Source of the DNA: Geopsychrobacteraceae bacterium | GTDB taxonomy: Bacteria; Desulfobacterota; Desulfuromonadia; Desulfuromonadales; Geopsychrobacteraceae | Assembly: GCA_963676795.2 (NCBI GenBank) | Contig: CAXXTB010000001.1 | Coordinates: 704,001 to 768,000, forward strand | Reading direction: 5' to 3' | DNA: 64,000 bases | Notes under the pieces: generated by a model | What the model was told of the DNA's origin: nothing | Database searches by the model: none | The model's input: only the letters and a program-made list of their open reading frames with translations | Translations under genes and position numbers: made by a program | Part shown: positions 9,221 to 19,289 of the stretch, piece by piece | How positions within the stretch are numbered: the stretch's first letter is position 1 | Layout: each line of letters opens with the position of its first letter

Positions 9221-11917
9221 TCAGCGATTTAATGCCTCTCTTACTTTTTTCTGCAGAGTATTCATACCGAACGGTTTCCGGATAAAGGAGATCCCTTCCT
9301 CAACAATTCCACGTTGAGCAATCAGATCCTCAGTGTAGCCGGACATAAACAGGACTCTGCGATCCGGTATGACAGGCCTCAGCTTCTCAGCCAGTGTTTT
9401 CCCGTTCATCTCTGGCATAACCACATCAGTCATCAGCAGGTCAAAACTGAAACCCTGCTGACTGCACAGATCTATCGCCTCAAGAGGTGATCTCGCCGAC
9501 CGGACAGTATATCCTAGTCTCTCTAACATCTGTGTTGCCATTTCCCGGACATTTTCATCGTCTTCAACCAGCAGAATTGTACCCTCGTCGCAGCCCAGTT
9601 TGACCGAATCTGAAACCTCATTTATATCCGATTCAGTTGCCAGTTCTCTTGGCAAGAAGATATTAAACGTCGTCCCGTTTCCGGGTTCACTGTACACATT
9701 AATAAACCCGCGATTCTGTTTGACAATGCCGTAAACTGTTGCCAGTCCGAGCCCTGTCCCCTTTCCACTTTCCTTGGTCGTATAGAAGGGTTCAAAAATA
9801 TGAGCGACTACGTCCTTGCTCATCCCCTGGCCTGAATCGCTAACCGTCAGCTGTACGTGTTCACCCGGACGAGCATCCAGGTGAATGGCACAATACTCTT
9901 CGGGAAGGTCGATATTGGATGTCTGGAGTATAAGATCTCCTCCGTCAGGCATGGCGTCCCGTGCGTTGACCAACAGATTCATAAGAATTTGGTCCAGCTG
10001 TGACGGGTCAATAAGGACCCTCCAGAGAGTTTCTTCAAGTTTAAGCGAAAAATGGACATCTTCACCGACAAGCCGTCCCAGATTTTTTTGGGACTCGACA
10101 ATATACCTGTTTATATTAATCACTTTCGGAGAGACAATGTCTTTTCTGGAGAAAGCTAACAGTTGTCTGGTAATATCACGGGATTTTTCAGCAGCAATTA
10201 TTATCTGTTCAAGGTTCTTTGCCAGCGCATCGGTATCTGAAAGTCGACATTGAGATAACTCTGCAAAACCAAGAATCACGCTCAGCATATTGTTGAAGTC
10301 ATGGGCAACTCCGCCTGCCAGCCTTCCGACTGATTCCATTTTCTGGGATTGAATCAACTGTTCTTCAAGTTTTTTTCTTTCGGTAATATCACGGATTGTT
10401 GCCAGCACCCGGGTCTGACCTCCCAGACTGACATGCTTGAGCTGGACTTCTACCCATATAATATTTCCCGATTTATGCCGCAGCTGCCACTCTATCATGT
10501 GGGGTTTATTTGCTGACACGTCCTGAATAAGCTTGGCCACCTCAGTGCCTGTGTACGGATGGATACCGGAAGACAGCTCTTCCATGGAAAGAGCAAGTGC
10601 CTCCTGGCGCGAATATCCCAGCATCTCGCTCGCTGTGTTGTTGACATCAATAATTCTGCCTGTTGGCAGTTCGTGAATAATCATGGTCTCGCTGCTGGCG
10701 TCAAATATGGTTCTGAAGTGTCGCTCGCTTTGGCGCAGTTTCTTTTCTGTCAAAATTCTTTTTCTGATCTGAAATACCAGTGCTGCAACGAGTAATGACA
10801 GAAGGAGAATGACGGAGGTAGTGCCCAGGACAAATTCACGGTACTGGCTCCAGAGTGTCTGTGGACGGTTGATAAAGATGCTGCTGGAGGGCAAAAGGGA
10901 AACATCGCGGTGCCATCGTTCGATCTGTTTCCAGTCAAACATCGGCTTTATTAAATTTGAGGTCGGTTCAATAGCCTGCTCTTTCCCGTTAAAAGCAGCT
11001 ATGGCAGTTCTCGCCAGCATCGCTCCGGCTTCTTTCATGTCAAACATCATTCCGCCGACAATCCCGCTTCCAAGATGGGGAGTGATGACGCTGAAGAAAG
11101 GTGCGTTCGCCACTTCTGAAAAGGTCTTCAGCAGCTCGTTCGGAACAAAAACCCGACCCGTAATATCAGAGCTGATAATGGTATAGATACAGATGCTGTT
11201 TTCTGGAAGGGTCTTGAGCCGCTGTACGATCTCTTCAACGGAAAGATGACTGGTATATTCAAATGTGTATTTATCTTCGAAGGGAGCAAACTCTTTTTTT
11301 GCCCGGAGCTCCATCATCTTATTAGAGGATGGAGCTCCGGCCAGAAAAACAACATGCTGGGTCTTTGGGAAAAGGCTTACAGCCAGTTCAAAGGTGCCGA
11401 GAAAGTCATAATCGTATTCGACAAAGTGTACCGGCCGAATAGGTGTTGTCTGTTGGAGAGCTTTTTTGAAACCAAAAGAGACAACCGGGCTTCCGGGGGA
11501 GATTGCCACACCTTGATTCATAAGGAATTCATAAGCTGCATCAAATATTGTAATGATCAGAGAAAATTTTACCCCTGCATACTTGTTAAGTAGAAGTTCG
11601 CTGAGATTCTCTTTCTGCATAGGAGTCCGTGGTGGAGTAATATCGAGATACTCAAAGTAGGTACTCTCAAGACTCATTTGTTGCCGGGCCATTTCGGCAA
11701 TGAATCCGTCGGTAATTTGCTGCTGAGCAGGGATGTGGTAACCGAAAGAATAAAGCACCAGGACACGATAAGCGGGAGCTTCTTCTGGCTGTTCTGCCGC
11801 GTAAAGACAAGAGGAAACAGCCAGTATGCAGATAGTGAAAGTCAGAACAAGGTTTTTTCTGAAAAGCAATCTGAAAAAAAGAAAAAGTATGGTCCTAACA
11901 GAAGCGTCAGATTTCAT
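9221..11917 (-). CDS. Hybrid sensor histidine kinase (periplasmic ABC-binding-like sensor, PAS, HisKA, HATPase, REC)
   Basis: H-box AGGVAHDFNNML, N-box QILMNLLVNARDAM, GKGTGLGL, receiver LLVEDD...TDVVMP...KPF; GAGGT RBS before ATG at 11917; visibly lower GC than the flanking core genes. Confidence 0.92.
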   Translation of the reverse strand: MKSDASVRTILFLFFRLLFRKNLVLTFTICILAVSSCLYAAEQPEEAPAYRVLVLYSFGYHIPAQQQITDGFIAEMARQQMSLESTYFEYLDITPPRTPMQKENLSELLLNKYAGVKFSLIITIFDAAYEFLMNQGVAISPGSPVVSFGFKKALQQTTPIRPVHFVEYDYDFLGTFELAVSLFPKTQHVVFLAGAPSSNKMMELRAKKEFAPFEDKYTFEYTSHLSVEEIVQRLKTLPENSICIYTIISSDITGRVFVPNELLKTFSEVANAPFFSVITPHLGSGIVGGMMFDMKEAGAMLARTAIAAFNGKEQAIEPTSNLIKPMFDWKQIERWHRDVSLLPSSSIFINRPQTLWSQYREFVLGTTSVILLLSLLVAALVFQIRKRILTEKKLRQSERHFRTIFDASSETMIIHELPTGRIIDVNNTASEMLGYSRQEALALSMEELSSGIHPYTGTEVAKLIQDVSANKPHMIEWQLRHKSGNIIWVEVQLKHVSLGGQTRVLATIRDITERKKLEEQLIQSQKMESVGRLAGGVAHDFNNMLSVILGFAELSQCRLSDTDALAKNLEQIIIAAEKSRDITRQLLAFSRKDIVSPKVININRYIVESQKNLGRLVGEDVHFSLKLEETLWRVLIDPSQLDQILMNLLVNARDAMPDGGDLILQTSNIDLPEEYCAIHLDARPGEHVQLTVSDSGQGMSKDVVAHIFEPFYTTKESGKGTGLGLATVYGIVKQNRGFINVYSEPGNGTTFNIFLPRELATESDINEVSDSVKLGCDEGTILLVEDDENVREMATQMLERLGYTVRSARSPLEAIDLCSQQGFSFDLLMTDVVMPEMNGKTLAEKLRPVIPDRRVLFMSGYTEDLIAQRGIVEEGISFIRKPFGMNTLQKKVREALNR

Positions 11918-11973
11918 AAAAATAACCTCTTTGGTTTTGCCTGAAGAGTGACGCAAAACCAAAATCTGTATAG

Positions 11974-13286
11974 CAGGGTGTTGAAAAACTAGCCGGGAGT
12001 CGTCCCATTCTCTCCCGATGTAATTTTTTTGCTCTTTGACAATCTAAGTTTCGTTGGTTCCAAGCTGTTTTCTGCTTTTATGAACCGATTTTCGCGATCA
12101 ATCGCGATGCAATGGCAGTGTTCGCCTCCTCTGTTGTCACAATCCCCAGATTAGGCCACGCATGCGGACCAGATTATAGGCCGCTGCTGCCAGGGTAAAT
12201 GCCGATTCAACACGTTCAATGCCTCGGAATCGAGTTTTGCGTAAGTGTCCGGTGGTTTTCATCCAACCGAAAATCTCCTCGATGTGTTTGCGAACTCTCA
12301 TGCTGACCAGGTATCTGGCATGCCGGGTCGTGCGTCCGTCGATCGCTGAACCTTTCTTCTTCTGGGCAACATGGGCCGTGACCTGTCTCTTGCGCAGATC
12401 TTGGACGAAGGCTTTGGCGTCAATCCTTTGTCGGCGGCGAGAGTCACTTTCTTCGTTCCCGGTATATTCTCGGCCATCTTCAAAGCCGCTTCGCGTTCGG
12501 CTGTCCCTGTGGCCTGTGTCAATCGGCTGTCGACGACCAGTCCGTTCCGGTTTTCCATCAGAGCATGCCCCATGTAGCAGAGCTTGGCCTTCTTTCCTTT
12601 GCCCTTTCGGTAAAGGCGGGCATCGGGGTCGGTTGTCGACTGATGGGTTTCGTTCTTGCGTTTTTGCCCTTTGAAGTCGACTTCCGCATTGCGGCCACCG
12701 GATTCTGGCGGATCTTGATCTTGGTCATCCTTCGGGCGAAAGCTCTTCAATGATGCCCATGCCTCAATCAGGGAGCCGTCGACAGAAAAGTGTTCACTCG
12801 AAAGCAGATCGGCGACTTCTGTCTGTTGCCGGACGATCTGGAAAAACTGCGTTGCGACATCGTGAGCAATCAAACGATCACGATTCTTGGAGAAGGTTGA
12901 GTGATCCCAAACCTTGTCATCCACGGACAAGCCCACAAACCAGCGAAACAGCAGATTGTAATCCAGTTGCATGGTGCAGCAGCAATGCCCGAAGTCGCTG
13001 CTCCGGCGGAATCGAAGGCCGACCGGTATGAGAATACATCTCCCTGAACAGGGGAGCGAGATTGACCAGAGCGTTATCGACCATGATCCGGATGGGCCAC
13101 AAGGGGTGATCCTCGGGAACCCTGGCTTCCGGGGAACTATAACTGAACATGGCCTGTTGATTCTGGTCTTCGCCGCGCATAACGATTCTCCTGAAATATC
13201 GATCTGTTACGCGCGAATTATAGCAAATTCAGAAACTCGAACCCAGTAAATTCAAGGGGTTAGGTTAATTGTTTTTCAACACCCTG
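11974..13286 (-). mobile_element. IS5-family insertion sequence (defective)
   Basis: Terminal inverted repeats CAGGGTGTTGAAAAAC (11974) and GTTTTTCAACACCCTG (ending 13286), enclosing a transposase. Confidence 0.85.
12137..13180 (-). pseudogene. IS5-family transposase, two frameshifts
   Basis: MRGEDQNQQAMFSY...GRPSIPPEQ; deletion/frameshift near 12975; LFRWFVGL...SVDGSLIEAWAS...ADKG; frameshift near 12422; then DAKAFV...IEEIFGWMKT...AYNLVRM-stop at 12137. Confidence 0.88.
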
Positions 13287-13467
13287 ATAGAAAGGTCCGA
13301 ATGAACGTAGTTTAAGTCTACCAAGGAACATTCGCTTTTGAAAATTTATGTTTATGTATGAATTGTGATAAGCGGCGGGTGGAATGCCTGTTGAACAATG
13401 CAAAATCAAGGTCGTGGGCTTACGTCCTCCTCCTACCCATCCTATAAATTGAGCCACTACTGACCGG

Positions 13468-14889
13468 TTAATAGCCGAATGAATTCAGTTGGTTGCTATC
13501 TGGGTGGTCTTGAATTTGCTTGAGAGCATCAGAAACCATCGATGAAATGGGCTTTTTCTCAAACAGATTGACCTCCAGGATCTGTAAAAAAGTGTAAAGC
13601 TCGCACGGGATTTTGAGCTTTTTCTTCGCGATGACAACCAGAAGATAAATGCTCAGTGCTACCCAGATCTGGCTCTTCACGGCATTGATCGATGTTCCGT
13701 AAAATGATTTGATCCGCAGGTGTTGCTTGATCCATTTGAAAAACAGTTCCACCTGCCAACGCTGCTTATAGACTTCAGCAACAGTCGCTGCAGAAATCGT
13801 AAAATTGTTGGTCAAAAAGACCAGATGCTTGTTTCGATTTTGTCAACATAACTGATCCGGCGGAGTTTTTCCGGATAGATTCTTTTGCGCTGGCAGTATT
13901 CGCCGAGTTCCAGTTCGTTGAGGCTGGCCGTCTCCAGGATGATAGGGATCTTTTCTTCGCTGCTGATGGTTTCGTCCGGCGGAAGCTGACCGCCAGTTCG
14001 GTTACGCGCCTGGATTCGCCAACCGTACAGAGTATCTTTCGGGATACTGGTCTCTTCCGACAAGGCGGGAACACTGACGTTCTCTGGTGGCAGAAGCCGG
14101 GCAATGATACTTGCCTTCAAATCTTCAGAATATTGGCTCATTTCGGTCTCACATTCAGCCCCTCGAGTTTACTCAAAGAATATCAAAGAGAGGCGACATC
14201 TATCCTGACACAGGGGGAATAGAGACGCTTGCAGCGTAAATTGTCTTTCGCTCTGATGACAAAGAAGGCTCCTTGACGATGCAGTGCATAAAGCCGCGAG
14301 AAATCAGTATAGGACTTGTCCATGGTGTAAATGGCATCCTCAGTCACCGGCAGAGAATCGAGCATTCGAACATCATGCACCTTGCCTTTCGTGACGGCGA
14401 TATACGTTGGAATTGTTCCCCGCAGATCAAGCAACGTATGCATTTTCACGGCGGCCTTTGTTGCCCGAAACTCAGCCCATGGAAACAAGGTCAAACAGAG
14501 ATCGATGGTAAAAGCATACAGCGGCTGATCGAGTTCCAAGGCAAACGGTTCGTCATAGTAAAACTGCTGCGCCATGAGAATCAGAACATGGCCGAAGTCC
14601 TGAAAGGTGCGCCAGTCTCTTCGCTCACGGCATCAGCCAAGGTTGAACGGGACACGGAACCACGAAAGCCGATGTGGTAGAGCTTCTCGCGATGAGAGTT
14701 CAAACAGGTTTCGATATCGCGCAAGCTTTCACGGCCAGCCATTTGGGCGTAGGCGAGACAAAGAAATTGATCGAAAGTCGAAAACTTTCTGGCTCTGTAA
14801 TCACCACGGTAGCGGCGAGCGCACAGATTGAAATCGTGAGGTGGCAGAAACTGCAGCAGTTGCCTGAAAGCGGTTTGGCCTGAATTCAT
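13468..14889 (-). pseudogene. IS4-family transposase (DUF4372 N-terminus + DDE), fragmented
   Basis: Fragments MNSGQTAFRQLL...RESLRDIETCL...SRSTLADA; TIDLCLTLFPWAEFR...KMHTLLDL; YKQRWQVELFFKWIKQHLRIKSFYGTSINAV; several frameshifts. Confidence 0.9.
13878..14212 (-). mobile_element. IS3-family left-end fragment with truncated OrfA, nested in the IS4
   Basis: Begins TGTGTCAGGATAGATGTCGCC at 14212; ORF MSQYSEDLKASIIARLLPP...TLYGWR...ELGEYCQRK resembles IS3 OrfA; the rest of the element is missing. Confidence 0.7.
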
Positions 14890-15113
14890 CGATACCTCCT
14901 GCGTTAATGGATGGTATCTCCCCATATTGGCGGGATGAATTCAAATCGAAAACGGAGCAATTATGTCAAAGAGCATTTATTATCAACAACTTAAAGCATT
15001 ATTCGATTTTTTAACCGGACAGTAGTGAAATTGAGCAACAACAAGATGCAAAATATGTTTTGTCGGGCAAATCATTTCCCCTTACCTGCTGCTTTCCACT
15101 ATAATCCCCGCCT

Positions 15114-17666
15114 ATGTTGAATTTCTTAAGTCCAGACAGTATCGATCAGATCCGTTATGCCATTGCCGAGAACGGTGGGCGTGAGGTCTTTATCCTGGGG
15201 CAGACCGATGCCAACAAGCGCATCGTCCAGGTCGAGGTGTTGGCCAGGGGCTCGGAGGATGCGGTTCCTGCGGTGATGCAGACCTGCAGTTACGGTGACG
15301 TGGTCATCCATAACCATCCGTCAGGGGATCTGCGTCCATCGGGCGCCGATATCGAGATTGCCGCCAGGTTCGGTTCACTCGGGGTCGGTTTCTATATCGT
15401 CAACAATGAGGTTAATAACCTCAATCGGGTGGTTGAAGCCTTTGCCGAGAAAAACAGCGAACTGATCGGGATGGAACAGGTTGCCGGTCTGCTCGGGGCA
15501 GAGGGGAAGATCGCCCGGGAACTGCCCGGCTATGAGGACCGTCCCGAGCAGTTGCGCATGGCTTTTACCGTGGCCGAGGCCTTCAACAGGGGGCAGCTGG
15601 CGGTCGTTGAAGCCGGTACCGGCACCGGGAAAAGCCTGGCCTATCTGGTACCGGCGCTGTTGTGGGCCAAGGCCAATCAGGAGCGGGTGGTCGTTTCGAC
15701 CCGGACGATCAACCTGCAGGAACAGCTGATCCGCAAGGATCTGCCATTTTTGCAGCGCTCTGCCGGGATCGAGTTCTACGCCGTGCTGGTCAAGGGGCGC
15801 AGCAACTACTACTGCCTGCGCCGCGGTGAGAGTGCCGGGCGCGAGCTTGGACTGTTCGATCAGGAGCTGGTCGCCGAACTGCAGCAGATTGTCGAGTGGG
15901 CGGCCAATACTTCCGATGGCTCACGGGAAGATCTCTCTTTTATCCCCAGCTATCAGGTCTGGGAGGAGGTCTGCTGTGAGGCGGATCAGTGTGCCCGGGT
16001 GCGCTGTTCCTACTACACCCGCTGTTTCTTTCACAAGGCCAGACGCCAGGCTGCGCGCGCCGATATTCTGGTCGTCAATCACGCGCTGCTGCTTTCCGAC
16101 CTGGCCCTGCGCCAACAGACCGATAACTATACGGCCACGGCGGTACTGCCCCCCTTTGAACGGGTGATCCTTGATGAAGCCCATCACCTGGAAGATGTTG
16201 CGACCAGCTATTTCTCATCGCAGGTGACCCGCTTTACCTTCGCCCGGGTTCTCAGTCGCTTGCGTCATCCGCGCAAGCCGAACCAGGGGCTGCTGCCGCG
16301 CTTTATCGATCAGCTGTCACGCGAGCTTCCCGAAACCCTGGATGAGCTCTACCGGGGGGTGCACGATCAGGTCGAGTCGCTGCAGGGCAGGCGTCAGCAG
16401 CTGTTCGATGAGGCACTCAACGAGTTACAGGCGATCGGCGAAGAGCTGCCGGCCTTTCTCGGCAAGAAGGTTTCCGCTCAGTTTGAATTGAAGCACCGGA
16501 TCCTGCCCGATTTCTGTCAAAGCGCGCTGTGGCAGAAGATCTGCGAGCGGATCGAAAAACTGCGCCTTTCGGGATCTGAGCTGAGCAAGGGGATTTTGTC
16601 GCTGCTGCGCAGCTGTGAGGCTCTGCCGGAAACGGTGACGGAAAAGATGATGCCGGTGCTGATTGATATCCGCGGCATTGGTGGGCGGATCGACGCCCTG
16701 CTCGCCGATCTCGGCTCGTTTCAGGCCGTCAATGAGCAGAGCTGTGTCTGGATCGAGGTCCGCGAGGGGCGTATCGGTCGGGGCAAGGGATTGATCACCA
16801 GCCTCTGCCAGGCGCCGCTCGAGGTTGCCGAGGGGCTGAATCAGGCCCTCTATCAGCGCTTTCGAACCCTGGTTATGACCAGTGCGACCCTGAGTGTCGC
16901 CGGAAGTTTCCGCTATTTCCATAACCGTATCGGACTCGACCTGGTCGAACCGTCGCGTTTGAAAGAGCTGGCGCTTGAATCACCTTTCGACTATGCCAGT
17001 CAGGCCCTGCTTGCCATTCCGACCGATCTGCCTGCGCCCGGAGCCCCGGGGTTCAACGAAGCGGTGCGCGATGCGGTGGAAAAAGCTGTTGTGGCCAGCC
17101 AGGGGCGCAGTTTCGTGCTGTTCACCTCTTATGCGTTGCTGCGCCAGGTCTATGACGAGCTGTCGCCGGTGCTGGAGGCCCGGCACTTGCGCTGCCTGCG
17201 CCAGGGGCAGGAGAATCGCCACCGACTGCTCAAGCGCTTTGCCGAGGACGAAACCAGTATCCTGTTCGGCACCGACTCCTTCTGGGAAGGGGTCGATGTG
17301 CCGGGGCGTTCACTGGAGCAGGTGGTTATCGCCAGGCTGCCGTTCAAGGTGCCGACCGAGCCGGTGCTGGAGGCCCGCGCCCAGGCGATCGAACAGCGCG
17401 GCGGTGACGCCTTCATGGAATACACCGTGCCCCAGGCGGTCATCCGTTTCAAGCAGGGGTTCGGTCGCCTGATCCGCCATCGCCATGACCGTGGTGTGGT
17501 TCTGATCCTCGATAACCGCGTGGTGAAAAAAGGTTACGGACGGATGTTTCTGCGCTCGTTGCCACCGGCCCGAACGGTTCAGGGGCCATCTGGCATGGTC
17601 TTTTCTGAAATCAACGGCTTCTTCAGAGCTCTGGCTCAGTCAGTACGCTCAGATACTGACTTCTAA
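15114..17666 (+). CDS. DinG/YoaA-family helicase with N-terminal JAB/MPN (RadC-like) domain
   Basis: N-terminal E...HNHPSGDLRPSGAD; Q motif RPEQ; Walker A EAGTGTGKS; Fe-S cysteines; DEAHH; SATL; FWEGVD; QGFGRLIR. Confidence 0.92.
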   Translation: MLNFLSPDSIDQIRYAIAENGGREVFILGQTDANKRIVQVEVLARGSEDAVPAVMQTCSYGDVVIHNHPSGDLRPSGADIEIAARFGSLGVGFYIVNNEVNNLNRVVEAFAEKNSELIGMEQVAGLLGAEGKIARELPGYEDRPEQLRMAFTVAEAFNRGQLAVVEAGTGTGKSLAYLVPALLWAKANQERVVVSTRTINLQEQLIRKDLPFLQRSAGIEFYAVLVKGRSNYYCLRRGESAGRELGLFDQELVAELQQIVEWAANTSDGSREDLSFIPSYQVWEEVCCEADQCARVRCSYYTRCFFHKARRQAARADILVVNHALLLSDLALRQQTDNYTATAVLPPFERVILDEAHHLEDVATSYFSSQVTRFTFARVLSRLRHPRKPNQGLLPRFIDQLSRELPETLDELYRGVHDQVESLQGRRQQLFDEALNELQAIGEELPAFLGKKVSAQFELKHRILPDFCQSALWQKICERIEKLRLSGSELSKGILSLLRSCEALPETVTEKMMPVLIDIRGIGGRIDALLADLGSFQAVNEQSCVWIEVREGRIGRGKGLITSLCQAPLEVAEGLNQALYQRFRTLVMTSATLSVAGSFRYFHNRIGLDLVEPSRLKELALESPFDYASQALLAIPTDLPAPGAPGFNEAVRDAVEKAVVASQGRSFVLFTSYALLRQVYDELSPVLEARHLRCLRQGQENRHRLLKRFAEDETSILFGTDSFWEGVDVPGRSLEQVVIARLPFKVPTEPVLEARAQAIEQRGGDAFMEYTVPQAVIRFKQGFGRLIRHRHDRGVVLILDNRVVKKGYGRMFLRSLPPARTVQGPSGMVFSEINGFFRALAQSVRSDTDF

Positions 17667-17731
17667 TGCCATTCTTTCTCATTTATGAGGGCTAAGTATT
17701 CAGATTCTCTCTGTCTCTGTTTTTGCTGCGC

Positions 17732-17759
17732 TTGACAGTTGTTCTTTTTGGGTTAGACT
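17732..17759 (+). promoter_or_regulatory. sigma70-type promoter of the ferritin-like gene
   Basis: TTGACA-16 nt-TAGACT. Confidence 0.55.
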
Positions 17760-17814
17760 TTAACTTCTCTTCACCCTCTACATCCTTACTCTAGCCCGAG
17801 CCCGGGAGGTGCCT

Positions 17815-18309
17815 ATGCCCCAGGAAATGATGCATCAGGACGCGCTAAAGCTGGTCATAGAGAACTCAAAAAAGCTGATGTGCTTCTACCAGAAAGCCGC
17901 AGAAATGAGTACCGCAAGCGGAGCCAGTGTGTTTGCCCGGCTGGCCCAGGAAAAAGAGGCGATCCTTATCCGTCTTTTCTATCGTTATCTCGGCTCTGAG
18001 CTGGGAACCCTGGAGGAATTCATTACCAGCCCCTGCCAGGACCAGGGTCGTCTCGCCAGGGAACTGGGGTCGATCAAGGATGTCCAGATCAAAGAGAGCC
18101 GGGCGCGGGAAATTGCCATGGAGAAGGAGCGCCAGAGTGAAAACATGCTGCGCAGCTGGGCGCGCAATACCATCGACCCGGCCGTCAAAGCTTTCTTTGA
18201 GCGGATGGCTCTGGACAACAAGAAACATTACGATATCATCGAATCGGAATACGCATTTCGTATGCGCATGCCGCATGAAACCGATATCGATACCTTTGTC
18301 AGGGAGTAG
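17815..18309 (+). CDS. Ferritin/rubrerythrin-like four-helix protein
   Basis: GGAGG RBS; duplicated helix pattern FYQKAAE...VFARLAQE and AMEKE...FFERMA...HYDIIESEY; C-terminal DTFVRE. Confidence 0.7.
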   Translation: MPQEMMHQDALKLVIENSKKLMCFYQKAAEMSTASGASVFARLAQEKEAILIRLFYRYLGSELGTLEEFITSPCQDQGRLARELGSIKDVQIKESRAREIAMEKERQSENMLRSWARNTIDPAVKAFFERMALDNKKHYDIIESEYAFRMRMPHETDIDTFVRE

Positions 18310-18311
18310 CT

Positions 18312-18454
18312 AGTTTTCATCTGGAAACGGCCCTTTTCCGCCATAGCGGCGTCAATCTGCAGGCTTACTTGTGCGGCGTAAAGCACTACGCCTCCGCGTA
18401 ACCCCTTGATTTCCTAGCTATGACGAAAAATTGCTCGTTTCCAATCTGAAAACT
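18312..18454. repeat. ~145-bp palindromic MITE-like element
   Basis: Ends AGTTTTCATCTGGAAACG and CGTTTCCAATCTGAAAACT; nested arms TTTTCCGCCATAGC/GCTATGACGAAAA; central GGCGTA-AAGCAC-TACGCC. Confidence 0.7.
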
Positions 18455-18495
18455 TATGAGTTGTCATTGTTATCTACAGCTAAAGGAGGGGACCT

Positions 18496-19179
18496 ATGCG
18501 GCGGATCAAGGATTGGCCCGCGGACGAACGTCCGCGGGAGAAGCTTCTGGCGCAAGGGGCAGAACGGCTGACCGATGCCGAGCTGCTGGCGCTGATTATC
18601 CGCACCGGCGATTCCGCCAGCAAGGCCAGTGCCGTTGATCTGGCCCGTTCACTCTTACAGAAATTTTCTTCGCTGCGCCAGCTGGCTGCCGCCAGTATCG
18701 CCGAACTCTGCCGGTTACCCGGTATAGGGCCGGCCAAAGCAGCCGAGATTCAGGCGCTGTTTCAGATTGCCCGGCGCTTTTCCGACCAGCGTCTGCAACC
18801 GGGCCAGGCCTACTGTTCCTCGCGCGACGCGTTCGATCATTTTCACGAGCGGCTCTGCGATTACCGTAAAGAGGTCTTTCTCGCACTGTTGCTTGACAAC
18901 AAGAACCGCCTGATCCGTGAGGTGCAGATCTCCGAAGGGAGTTTGACCGCCAGCATCGTTCATCCGCGTGAGGTGTTTGCCCCGGTTCTCAGGGAATCGG
19001 CCGCGGCCATACTCTTCGTTCACAATCACCCTTCAGGTGATCCGACCCCCAGTCGCGAGGATATCGAAATCACCAACCGGCTCAAGCAGGTGGGAGAACT
19101 GATGGGGGTGCGGGTGCTCGACCATGTCATCATCGGCAAGGGGGAGTACCTCAGTTTTGCCGACCGGGGACTGCTGTAG
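18496..19179 (+). CDS. radC: RadC family (JAB) protein
   Basis: ERPREKLL, HhH GIGPAKA, VHPREVF, HNHPSGDPTPSRED and LDHVII motifs. Confidence 0.95.
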   Translation: MRRIKDWPADERPREKLLAQGAERLTDAELLALIIRTGDSASKASAVDLARSLLQKFSSLRQLAAASIAELCRLPGIGPAKAAEIQALFQIARRFSDQRLQPGQAYCSSRDAFDHFHERLCDYRKEVFLALLLDNKNRLIREVQISEGSLTASIVHPREVFAPVLRESAAAILFVHNHPSGDPTPSREDIEITNRLKQVGELMGVRVLDHVIIGKGEYLSFADRGLL

Positions 19180-19254
19180 AGACACTTAGCTTAGGGCGAT
19201 AAAGGCGTCGATCTCTCTTTATTGTTATCAATGAAAACACTTTTCAATTTCTTC

Positions 19255-19283
19255 TTGAAAAAACGATCTTCCTGCTGCATACT
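19255..19283 (+). promoter_or_regulatory. sigma70-type promoter of a candidate small RNA
   Basis: TTGAAA-17 nt-CATACT. Confidence 0.45.
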
Positions 19284-19289
19284 CTGTTC

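Larger units (their letters stand above)
13455..15027 (-). mobile_element. IS4-family insertion sequence (defective, interrupted by an IS3-like fragment)
   Basis: TIRs CACTACTGACCGGTTAA and TTAACCGGACAGTAGTG; perfect 9-bp target duplication AAATTGAGC at 13446-13454 and 15028-15036. Confidence 0.92.
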
